A stretch of 64,000 nucleotides of DNA from a bacterium (GTDB lineage Bacteria > Zhuqueibacterota > Zhuqueibacteria > Residuimicrobiales > Krinioviventaceae): the NCBI GenBank assembly GCA_963675755.2, contig CAXXMD010000003.1, forward strand, positions 192,001 to 256,000, in the 5' to 3' direction. Below, piece after piece: positions 30,301 through 38,518 of this stretch (its first letter is position 1; each line of letters begins with the position of its first letter). The notes below the pieces were generated by a model. The model was not told where the DNA came from and made no database searches. It saw only the letters and a program-made list of their open reading frames with translations. A program made the position numbers and the translations under genes.

Positions 30301-33300
30301 GCGGAGAAACTTCCGTTAACGTATTAACCAACGCACAGGGAATTGCAAGCGCAACCGCAACCCTGGGATCAACAGCTGGTGATACAATCTATGTGTTCCA
30401 TGCTATTTCTCCGGGTGCATCTGGTTCACCGGTCATTTTTAAAGCATCTGCAACACCTGGCAGTGCGGCTAAACTCGCCGAAGTTACAAATACCAATTAT
30501 CAGTCAGGTCCGGTTAACAGAACGCTTGAAAATGATATTGCTGTATTGGTTACCGATGCCAGCGACAATCCGGTACCCGGATATACTGTAACCTTTACCG
30601 TATCCAAAGGCGGCGGCAAGGTAGAAGGAGCAACATATGCCAATGTAATATCCGATGAAAATGGAAAAGCATCGGCTGCATTCAAACTGGGAACAGCGGT
30701 TGGCGAAAATATAGCCATAGCCAGTGCGGATGCACTTGAAGGCTCTCCCATCACCTTTTTTGCAGATGGTGAAGCTTCTACCCCGGCACGTATCGACATT
30801 GTATCCGGTAACAATCAGTCCGGAAACCTGGGCCAGCAACTGGCACAACCCTTTGTTGTTGTTGTCCGGGATTCATTCTTTAATGCAATCAACAATCACA
30901 CTGTTCAATATTCTGTTACTGAAGGTGACGGAAACATTGAAGGTTTGACCGTTGCTAATAAACAAACCAATGAAATTGGTAGAACATCCGCGTATCTGAC
31001 TCTGGGCACAACTGCTTATACAAATATTGTACAGGTATCAGCATTTCAAAATGATAATCCGCTTATCAACAGTCCGGTTACATTTGTAGCATCTACAGGT
31101 CCTGGAGATCCCAAATATCTGGTTTACGAAAGCGGTAACAATCAGATTGGTCGGGTAAGCGCACAATTACCTTCACCATTCAAGGTCAAAGTTACGGATG
31201 AAAACGGTATACCTGTCAAAGGCCACGAAGTTCAGTTTATCAGCTATACTCCGGGTGCACATTTTTCTGGCAGCAATATGATAACTGCGCAAACGGATGC
31301 AAATGGTTTTGCTACAGCGACTCCAACATTGGGAAGCAATTATACCACATATGAATTTGAAGCGGTTGCAAAATTCAATAATGTATCTCTTGGCGGTTCT
31401 CCACTGGTATTCGAAGCCTATGGACGTAAAAGTACAGCAACCCAAATTGAGAATCTGTCTACTGGAACATTAACCGGCACAGCAGGATTAGTATTGGGTG
31501 ATTCATTGAAAATTCGCGTCAAAGATGGCAATGGTAATCCTGTTGCAAATCATCCGGTGGAATTTCAAATCACATCAGGCAGCGGCAGCTTTTTGAACGA
31601 TCATCACAGCAGCGTTTCCATAAATTCAAATTCAAGTGGTGTTGCAAGTGTTGCCGTAACACTGCGTCAAACTCCGGGAACAGTTACCATAACCGCAATA
31701 TCAGACAATGGACTTGCGGACGGAGACCTTGATGGCTCACCAATCAATTATACAATTACTGCCGTAACCGGTGTTCCCGATCCGGATAATTGTACGATTC
31801 AATCCACTGACAATGTGCTTGCTGATGGCCAAACCCCATCACAGATAACCGTTACGCTCAAAGATGCATTCGAGAATCCGGTTTCAGGAAAAACGGTTAT
31901 GCTTGAAAGCGCGGGTATTGAAGTAATTAAAACCCAACCCCAAACTACAACGAATACAAGCGGACAAACATCAGGTTCTATTGTTTCTGAAAATGTAGGT
32001 CAGGTTTATGTTTGGGCAGTTGTTGATGATCAAATCGTAAAAAGAGATACAATCACATTTGTTACTGGCAGCCCTGCAATCATAAGCACTATTGGCTCGG
32101 GTCAGTTTGCAGTAGCTGGCAAAACCCTAACCAATACAGTAGGTGTATGGGTACAGGATGAATACAATCATCCTATTCCCGGTGTTAACACTACATTTAC
32201 AGTTGTTGACGGTGGCGGATCCGTTACAGAAAGCCAACCCATAACCACAAACAGCGAAGGTAAAGCTCTGGTACATTGGCAATTGGGATCAGCAATTGGA
32301 TTACAACATCTGAATGCTGCAGTTGATGGTGTTGCAGAAACATATGAAATCACTGCAATTGCAACAGCACCCACTTTGGCAAATATTACCAAAGTTGCCG
32401 GTGATTCGGCAATTGGGCTTGTAAATCAGGAATACCAGTTCACCACAGCGGTTATCGATACAAATGACAACCCTATTGTAAATTACAATGTCAGTTTCGA
32501 ACTGTTGCTGGGAACCGGCGAAGGCCAGGGCAATTTTACAACCGCAACTACAGTTGCCACAAATAATGAAGGTAAAGCAACCGTAACCTTTGAATCTGGC
32601 ACATTGATAGGTCTGCATAAAATTAAAGCCACAGCAACCGATTATGGACATGTTGTTTTTGATTTTATTGTAGAAGAACAACGATCTATTACCATGGAAA
32701 AGCTGGAAGGTGACGGTAACACGGTAAGACCAAACACGGATATCGATCTTTCAGTTAAAATCACAAACGCTTTTAATCAGCCTGTTTCGGATGAAAGCAT
32801 AAAATTTCAGGTTGTTGAAGGCTTGGGAGTACTCAAAGATATCCAGCCTGTTGCCACCAGTGATAAAGGTATTGCATATTCTACCTGGAGCGTTTCTACA
32901 TTGGCCGGCACCCATAAAGTCAAGGTAACACCGGTTAATGCAGTTGGTGATTCCGTTAATTTCACCGCAATTGTTGTCAATGCTGCACCTGTACTCATGG
33001 ATATGCCTGCAACAGTGAATATCAACTGGGGTGAGATCTATGATATCACAATTACAGCTGAAGATCCTGATGAAGACAATGTTCATTTTGGTATAAGAGG
33101 TTTACCGCTCAACGCTGAATTTGATTCTACCGGAACCCAAAAGTTCACCTGGGAGCCCAGCGCAGCACAGGAAGGCGAACACGAGGTTACTTTTATTGCT
33201 GCTGATCCTTACGGTTTATCAGACAGCACCAAAGTCACTTTTAATATTATGGTTGAGAACCGTTGTCCGATTATCAGCAGTTTTGAACCGGCTGATACAA

Positions 33301-34109
33301 CCCGCTTTGATGTCGAACAGGATGACAACAGAATCGTCTTTAAAGTTTCAGCAATGGACCCGGATTATGATGTACTGACTTTTGAATGGCGAGTAAACGA
33401 TGTTTACAATGGTTCAGATACAACATTGACAGTTCCATTCAGCAAAGATTTCTTCCCCAGTCCGAACAATACGGTTCAGGTTTTGATTTCAGACGGATCG
33501 TGTCAAAAATCCATTACCTGGAAAGTGGTTTTAACCGCTATTGAACTCAACACATTTGAGGCAATTTCTCAAAAAGGCGGCATAGAACTGTTCTGGGAAA
33601 CTTCATCAGAAACACAAAATGCAGGTTTTTATATAATTCGCAGTACAATGGAGCAAGGTACCTATGAACGTATCAATACTGAAATCATCAGTCCATCTTT
33701 GAATGGTGAATACAGTTATGTGGATACAGAGGCAAAAGCAGGTATCACCTATTATTATAAATTGCAGGATATTGATATCTATGGTTCTTTGAACGAACAC
33801 GGACCGGTTACAGCCAAAGCGGCACTTCCGGATAAATTTGCACTTTCACAAAACTATCCAAATCCGTTCAACCCAAGCACCACTATCAGTTTTGAGCTGC
33901 CTGAACCAGCTGATGTCAAAATTGTGATTTTTAACACCAATGGTCAATTGGTAAAAACTCTGGTAGATTCTCGTCTTGAACCGGGCTATCATAACATTCT
34001 CTGGAATGCTAAAAATGACCAGGGAATCTCATTACCGTCTGGTATCTATTTTTACAAGATGCAGGCAAAAGATTTTACACTGGCCAAAAAACTTTTATTA
34101 TTGAAATAA
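27309..34109 (+). CDS. Giant secreted surface protein, tandem paralog of 20443..27228
   Basis: Same colinear architecture (PPTHT N-terminus, FG-GAP repeats, QHFGV, Big_1 repeats, AEDPD, WETSSE, QNYPNPFNP); start uncertain (27291, 27303 or 27309). Confidence 0.9.
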   Translation: MYKKTFRLFSVALVFLCASIATAQVPPTHTSVLYQDDLVSAGQKDIGYITNSNGSFQADGWKTTGPSSKLVVELNEFLPHEGTMQVKIKNLNPATQVNNDWSLMSLWSRSAGSWRDMNSTPGSYVLLKTEPDAQYISGGNVAWKLVETPFYGGDTGNPNAMNISNTTMQTWDATMEHTFKIIWNPQYLWIVIDGEMVKRKAYKDQIENFEYIFLGSDNEYGSMAGPTFTDLQILVPSSSYSFENVTKSADLASDMIFGEQGVSLVDLNNDGLDDIYLNYCNTADGIPNALYMNSNSQLFTEDAGSAGIDNTNCSNSSTFADFDGDGDIDLFIAKVNSPNKLYINNGSGVFSDQSTSRGISSLNYSTVNAMAIDIENDGDLDIFAVSSTQNHELYVNQGDGTFSLETRGTNNPTGAVMGAVAGDVNNDGFVDIFIAQRSAACGLLINDGTGNFSNEAASRNANQSIKANNPTMMDYDNDGDLDIFLAPSSTSTTPDPRVLVLKNNGNGVFTDISNTANINIEAYGLVSGDIDNDGYEDLYAVRSNRRDVVDDHSSRIYLNNGDDTFTALTGTGAEAIFSDGRAGIMMDYDNDGLLDLYGVSKGNLYNGSSYDTIDFGRNQLLKNTTETPNNWLKVVVNDIAGNPDGIGAKIWVYEAGRNFSNDYLIGYRDVYAMQGYTSQGSMTQHFGVGSNTQVDVKIQMPGEEAKTINNVVVNRTVEFNPSLVVPHHINVSGHDQTGIAGNTLANPLQVYVYAEDSTPAPGITVQFDVTAGGGTLDGNTETQIITTTDENGLAEVTWKMGTTAGQENTVRVTSSYNGSELEGSPFDASITPVAGDPAKLVKSSGDAQTGYILQFLDNPIIAQVTDAFNNPVAGHNVIFTISTGGGSVDQSGTSTFQVQTDQGGLAQVNWLLGETIGTQTLNATSTFDSNPLTNSPLSFSATGLAPQQKLQYQSGNYQTKLINSALDPFTVQVVDFTDAPISGEEIEFKVISGNGTFGGETSVNVLTNAQGIASATATLGSTAGDTIYVFHAISPGASGSPVIFKASATPGSAAKLAEVTNTNYQSGPVNRTLENDIAVLVTDASDNPVPGYTVTFTVSKGGGKVEGATYANVISDENGKASAAFKLGTAVGENIAIASADALEGSPITFFADGEASTPARIDIVSGNNQSGNLGQQLAQPFVVVVRDSFFNAINNHTVQYSVTEGDGNIEGLTVANKQTNEIGRTSAYLTLGTTAYTNIVQVSAFQNDNPLINSPVTFVASTGPGDPKYLVYESGNNQIGRVSAQLPSPFKVKVTDENGIPVKGHEVQFISYTPGAHFSGSNMITAQTDANGFATATPTLGSNYTTYEFEAVAKFNNVSLGGSPLVFEAYGRKSTATQIENLSTGTLTGTAGLVLGDSLKIRVKDGNGNPVANHPVEFQITSGSGSFLNDHHSSVSINSNSSGVASVAVTLRQTPGTVTITAISDNGLADGDLDGSPINYTITAVTGVPDPDNCTIQSTDNVLADGQTPSQITVTLKDAFENPVSGKTVMLESAGIEVIKTQPQTTTNTSGQTSGSIVSENVGQVYVWAVVDDQIVKRDTITFVTGSPAIISTIGSGQFAVAGKTLTNTVGVWVQDEYNHPIPGVNTTFTVVDGGGSVTESQPITTNSEGKALVHWQLGSAIGLQHLNAAVDGVAETYEITAIATAPTLANITKVAGDSAIGLVNQEYQFTTAVIDTNDNPIVNYNVSFELLLGTGEGQGNFTTATTVATNNEGKATVTFESGTLIGLHKIKATATDYGHVVFDFIVEEQRSITMEKLEGDGNTVRPNTDIDLSVKITNAFNQPVSDESIKFQVVEGLGVLKDIQPVATSDKGIAYSTWSVSTLAGTHKVKVTPVNAVGDSVNFTAIVVNAAPVLMDMPATVNINWGEIYDITITAEDPDEDNVHFGIRGLPLNAEFDSTGTQKFTWEPSAAQEGEHEVTFIAADPYGLSDSTKVTFNIMVENRCPIISSFEPADTTRFDVEQDDNRIVFKVSAMDPDYDVLTFEWRVNDVYNGSDTTLTVPFSKDFFPSPNNTVQVLISDGSCQKSITWKVVLTAIELNTFEAISQKGGIELFWETSSETQNAGFYIIRSTMEQGTYERINTEIISPSLNGEYSYVDTEAKAGITYYYKLQDIDIYGSLNEHGPVTAKAALPDKFALSQNYPNPFNPSTTISFELPEPADVKIVIFNTNGQLVKTLVDSRLEPGYHNILWNAKNDQGISLPSGIYFYKMQAKDFTLAKKLLLLK

Positions 34110-34118
34110 ATATCGTAC

Positions 34119-34155
34119 ATTTAACCCGGCAATCGTAAAAATTGCCGGGTTAAAT
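34119..34155 (+). terminator. 15-bp perfect stem-loop
   Basis: atttaacccggcaat / attgccgggttaaat between the giant protein gene and the next gene; no clear U-tract. Confidence 0.6.
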
Positions 34156-34182
34156 ATTCCTCCAAACAAAATAAGACAGCGT

Positions 34183-35049
34183 ATGAAATATATCATTCTG
34201 GCAATGCGCCCAAAACAATGGATAAAGAATATTCTTGTCTTTGCAGGCGTCATCTTTGCTGAAGATCTTTTCAACCTTCAATTAATTCAGGATTCGATTT
34301 TTGCATTTATCATTTTTTGTATGATCTCCAGCAGTACATACTTGATAAATGACATTGTAGACAGAAAAAAAGATGCAATGCACCCCAAGAAAAAGAACCG
34401 CCCCATTGCATCGGGTAAAGTTTCTGTTCAACTCGCACTCATCCTGGCAATTGTACTTATCATAACCAGCCAGTTTTTTGCTTATCGTTTGCAATTGTCT
34501 TTTGGTATTATTATCTCACTCTATTTTATTACCACACTGCTCTACTCGATGCTGCTCAAGCGCATCATCATTCTGGATGTAATGATCATTGCTTCGGGTT
34601 TTATTTTCAGAGCGGTTGGCGGTACATTTGCAATCAACGAGCATGTATCATCCTGGTTGATCATATGCACCATGTTTCTTGCCCTGTTTTTTGCACTCAA
34701 TAAACGTCGTGCTGAACTGATCTCACTTGGCGACAATGCGGGTACAGTACGTAAAACATTATCCGGTTATAGTTTAACATTTCTCGATCAGATGATAAAT
34801 GTAGTCACAGCTACTTGTCTGGTCACATACGCATTGTACACGTTGGATGCTGAAACGGTTGAAAAATTTGGTTCACGCAATCTTGTATTCACATTACCAT
34901 TTGTTATATATGGTTTATTTAGATATCTATATCTGGCCTATCATTTAAATCTGGGTGAAACACCGGAAACCACACTGGTTCGGGATAAACCCATATTGAT
35001 TTGTCTGGCAATGTATGCTATATCAATTATAGTTATTATTTACTTGTAA
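34183..35049 (+). CDS. Decaprenyl-phosphate phosphoribosyltransferase-like UbiA family membrane protein
   Basis: MRPKQWIKN, YLINDIVD...D..HPKKKNRPIASG, KRRAEL, YGLFRY; multiple hydrophobic helices. Confidence 0.88.
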   Translation: MKYIILAMRPKQWIKNILVFAGVIFAEDLFNLQLIQDSIFAFIIFCMISSSTYLINDIVDRKKDAMHPKKKNRPIASGKVSVQLALILAIVLIITSQFFAYRLQLSFGIIISLYFITTLLYSMLLKRIIILDVMIIASGFIFRAVGGTFAINEHVSSWLIICTMFLALFFALNKRRAELISLGDNAGTVRKTLSGYSLTFLDQMINVVTATCLVTYALYTLDAETVEKFGSRNLVFTLPFVIYGLFRYLYLAYHLNLGETPETTLVRDKPILICLAMYAISIIVIIYL

Positions 35050-35073
35050 GCATTATAATATTAAGGGAGTACT

Positions 35074-36111
35074 ATGAAAGTATTAGTAACTGGTGGAAGC
35101 GGATTTTTAGGCATCAACATGATTCGGTATCTGATGTCTAAAGGGATCACCGATATTGTATCTCTGGATATTGTAGATTTTGATTATCCTGAAAAAAATC
35201 AAATCACAGAGATTAAAGGTGATATTCGAGATGAAGAAGCTGTGAAAAAAGCAATGCAGGGTGTTAACTGGGTTATACATACAGCTGCGGCATTACCTCT
35301 CTATACTGAACAAGAGATCATGACCATCGATGTGGATGGTACACGTATGCTACTGAAACATGCCCAGGAAAACAATGTAGAACGTTTTGTTCATACCTCT
35401 TCAACTGCGGTTTACGGTATTCCTGATCACCATCCCCTTTACGAAGACGATAAACTGGATGGCGTTGGCCCTTATGGTATTGCAAAAATTGAAGCAGAAA
35501 AAGTTTGTCTGGAATACCGTGAAAAAGGCATGTGTGTTCCCATCATTCGTCCCAAATCATTTATAGGACCGGAAAGATTGGGTGTTTTCGCTATCTTTTA
35601 TGAATGGGCAAGAGATGGCAAAAATTTCCCCATGATCGGAAATGGCAAAAACCGTTACCAGCTATTGGATGTTGAAGACCTCTGTACTTCAATCTATTTA
35701 TGCCTCACGCTTGATAAAGATACCGTTAACGATACATTCAATATTGGCGCCAAAGAATTCACAACCATGAAAGAAGACTATCAGGCTGTTTTAGATAAAG
35801 CAGGATTTGGTAAAAAAATCATTCCTTTCCCTGATGGCCCGGTTATCTTTATGCTAAGAGTACTTGAAGCATTAAAACTATCACCTCTTTACAAGTGGAT
35901 ATACGAAACAGCATCCAAAGATTCTTTTGTTTCTGTAGAAAAAGCAGAAAAAACACTGGGTTTTGTATCGCAATACTCTAACAAAGATGCCCTGCTCCGC
36001 AATTACCAGTGGTATCTAGATAAATACGATCCAAACCTGAAAATTACTGGTGTTTCTCACCGGGTACCATGGAAACAGGGAATTCTCAAGGTGGCAAAAG
36101 CATTTTTCTAA
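35074..36111 (+). CDS. NAD-dependent epimerase/dehydratase (extended SDR)
   Basis: VTGGSGFLG, HTAA, TSSTAVYG, YGIAK. Confidence 0.9.
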   Translation: MKVLVTGGSGFLGINMIRYLMSKGITDIVSLDIVDFDYPEKNQITEIKGDIRDEEAVKKAMQGVNWVIHTAAALPLYTEQEIMTIDVDGTRMLLKHAQENNVERFVHTSSTAVYGIPDHHPLYEDDKLDGVGPYGIAKIEAEKVCLEYREKGMCVPIIRPKSFIGPERLGVFAIFYEWARDGKNFPMIGNGKNRYQLLDVEDLCTSIYLCLTLDKDTVNDTFNIGAKEFTTMKEDYQAVLDKAGFGKKIIPFPDGPVIFMLRVLEALKLSPLYKWIYETASKDSFVSVEKAEKTLGFVSQYSNKDALLRNYQWYLDKYDPNLKITGVSHRVPWKQGILKVAKAFF

Positions 36112-36131
36112 TATCAATTTTATAAAAATTC

Positions 36132-36172
36132 AATGCCCCAATACATATATGGAACTGTATTGGGGTATTTTT
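36132..36172 (+). terminator. Intrinsic terminator
   Basis: aatgccccaataca / tgtattggggtatt stem plus T-run. Confidence 0.65.
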
Positions 36173-36289
36173 GTTAAATACAGATATAAAACCTGAATTT
36201 AAACAAAATTAACAGGATTATTATCTTGCCTGATCGATGTTTATTTTGTAAGTTGCGGTATAATTTTTGTCAACGGAGTTATTAATATT

Positions 36290-38518
36290 ATGCGCAAATA
36301 CTATATAATCCTCGGACTATTGGTACTTTTTTCTGCTTGTACAAGTTATCGCAGGACTAACGAGGAAAAAGTACGTAAAAAGCTGGAATATTCCGTTGCA
36401 CAATATAATAAAATGGCTTTGGCTAAAGCTGACAGCCAAAGATATGATCTAGCCATAGATATTCTACGAGAAGCACTCTATCTGACTCCCTGGGATCCCG
36501 AGCTTTATCTCAACCTCGGTTCCATGTTCTATTATAACGATCAGCTCGATTCGGCAGAATTTATGTTCAAACGGGCCACATTGATGCGACCATCTTTTGC
36601 AATGGCTTATACCAACCTGTCCAAGGTATATATAAAACAAAAAAAATATAAACAAGCGCTGGATGCGGTTGATAATGCAATTGAACAGGATTCTGAATTT
36701 TCAGAAGCCTGGTTAACAAAATCAGAGATCTATTTGGAGAATAACCTCATTGATGATGCCGTAACATTACTTCAGGAGCAAACTGAAAAAGAACCAGACA
36801 TTTCAGAATACCATTCACAATTGGGGTACATTTATCAAAAAACCGGGTTAATTGATGATGCTATAAACGAGTATCTGTATGCATTAAATATAGATCCGGG
36901 TGCTTCATCCATTTATTTCAATCTGGGCAATGCTTTTTTTCAACAATGCCGCTTGGGAGACGCACAATCCGCATTTCTCAAAGCTATTGAATTAGACACC
37001 ACCTTGGAAACGACATATAACAATTACAGTCTGGTATTGATCAATATGGAACAATACCGGGATGCCATAAGAACGTTGTACAAAGCGTTGGAGAAAAATC
37101 CCAAATCCTCTGTTGTATTCTTTAATCTTTCCATTGCGATGGACCGTGTAAAAAACTATGACAAAGCATTGGAATATATCAACAAGGCCATTGACAGGGA
37201 CAGTTCACGAATTGTCTTTTATGTTCACAAAGGCAACATGTTAAAGAAAACCAACAAGCTTGAAGAGGCATTAATAGAATATGAAAACGCTTTAAATATT
37301 GACAGCAATTCTACTACTGCCTATAATAATCTGGGCAACACCCTGATGTTGTTGGGAAGAATTGACGAGGCAAATCTGGCATACCAGAAATCCATAGAAT
37401 TATATACAGAGCCGCCTAGTCAACCAAACACGTCATCTCTTGATAACATTGACAAAGGGATAACCATGGTAGTTGGCTGGTGCAGTGATCCCTATCGCAT
37501 TTATCAGGAATATGCCATGCTTTACAATAACCTGGGTAAAGCAAGAATCTTTTCAGGGCAAATATCTCAGGCCAAACAAGCCTTTAAAATTGCAATTAAT
37601 TATAATCCGGATTTTGTAGAGGCATATCAAAATCTTGCCGCGGTCTATTTTCAATTGGACCAGACAGCACTTGGTAAAGATGCATTATCCATGTCGCGCA
37701 TAAAAGCAGGTGACCTCTGGTACGATCAGCAGCTATACCAGGCTGCCCGCGAACAATATCTGGATGCACAAAAGATTGATCCAACTCTACCCCTGGCTCT
37801 TGCCAAAATGGCGTTATTAAACAAGCGACTGGGACAGGATATCTCTGCAATTCAATACAAAAATGCTAAAAAAGCGATTTACGAAGATACAGATATGTAT
37901 ATTACGCTTGCAGAATACTGCCAGCTTGATGAAAATCCAGAAGATGCATTGCAATATTATAAAAAAGCAATTGAACTGTCACCAGCATCTTTAACCGCTC
38001 TAAGTAAAGCAGCAGATTTTTGTGAAACCCATTATCCTGAATTGGCAAGACAATACAAAGCAGATGTACATTTTCTCAAGGGCAAGGCACTAAACTTTGC
38101 CAATCTTGAGGATGCCGCTGTTGAACAGTATAAACAGGCAGTTGCGTTAGATTCTACGCACATCAAATCGTCACTAGCTTTGGCAGTCCTTTATATGAAA
38201 AAGAACCATATGGAGCGAGCCAAGGCCCAATACAACCGGGTATTAAGTATTGATCCTGAAAATTCCAAAGCAATGCTGGGACTGGGAACATTATATGGCA
38301 ACCAACAGCAATTTGACAAAGCAATTGCCTATCTTCAGCAAACGATTATACAAGACTCTACAAATGCTCAGGCCCATTATACACTGGGTGTGAATTACTA
38401 TTTTCTGAATGATCTTGATAACGCCCTCAAATACACGCAAAAAGCTGAGGAGCTGGGTATAGAAATCAATAATGAATTTTTGCAGAAACTCTTGGATGAT
38501 AAAGAAACAAAAAGGTAA
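36290..38518 (+). CDS. Tetratricopeptide-repeat lipoprotein
   Basis: Lipobox FSAC; many TPR units (AYNNLG, YFNLG, A..Y..A...DP). Confidence 0.9.
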   Translation: MRKYYIILGLLVLFSACTSYRRTNEEKVRKKLEYSVAQYNKMALAKADSQRYDLAIDILREALYLTPWDPELYLNLGSMFYYNDQLDSAEFMFKRATLMRPSFAMAYTNLSKVYIKQKKYKQALDAVDNAIEQDSEFSEAWLTKSEIYLENNLIDDAVTLLQEQTEKEPDISEYHSQLGYIYQKTGLIDDAINEYLYALNIDPGASSIYFNLGNAFFQQCRLGDAQSAFLKAIELDTTLETTYNNYSLVLINMEQYRDAIRTLYKALEKNPKSSVVFFNLSIAMDRVKNYDKALEYINKAIDRDSSRIVFYVHKGNMLKKTNKLEEALIEYENALNIDSNSTTAYNNLGNTLMLLGRIDEANLAYQKSIELYTEPPSQPNTSSLDNIDKGITMVVGWCSDPYRIYQEYAMLYNNLGKARIFSGQISQAKQAFKIAINYNPDFVEAYQNLAAVYFQLDQTALGKDALSMSRIKAGDLWYDQQLYQAAREQYLDAQKIDPTLPLALAKMALLNKRLGQDISAIQYKNAKKAIYEDTDMYITLAEYCQLDENPEDALQYYKKAIELSPASLTALSKAADFCETHYPELARQYKADVHFLKGKALNFANLEDAAVEQYKQAVALDSTHIKSSLALAVLYMKKNHMERAKAQYNRVLSIDPENSKAMLGLGTLYGNQQQFDKAIAYLQQTIIQDSTNAQAHYTLGVNYYFLNDLDNALKYTQKAEELGIEINNEFLQKLLDDKETKR

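Noticed and set aside
21200-33000. Recurrent gataatgatggtgac-like and tccggtaacaatcag-like sequences
   Set aside because: Explained by FG-GAP and Big_1 protein repeats, degenerate at the DNA level.
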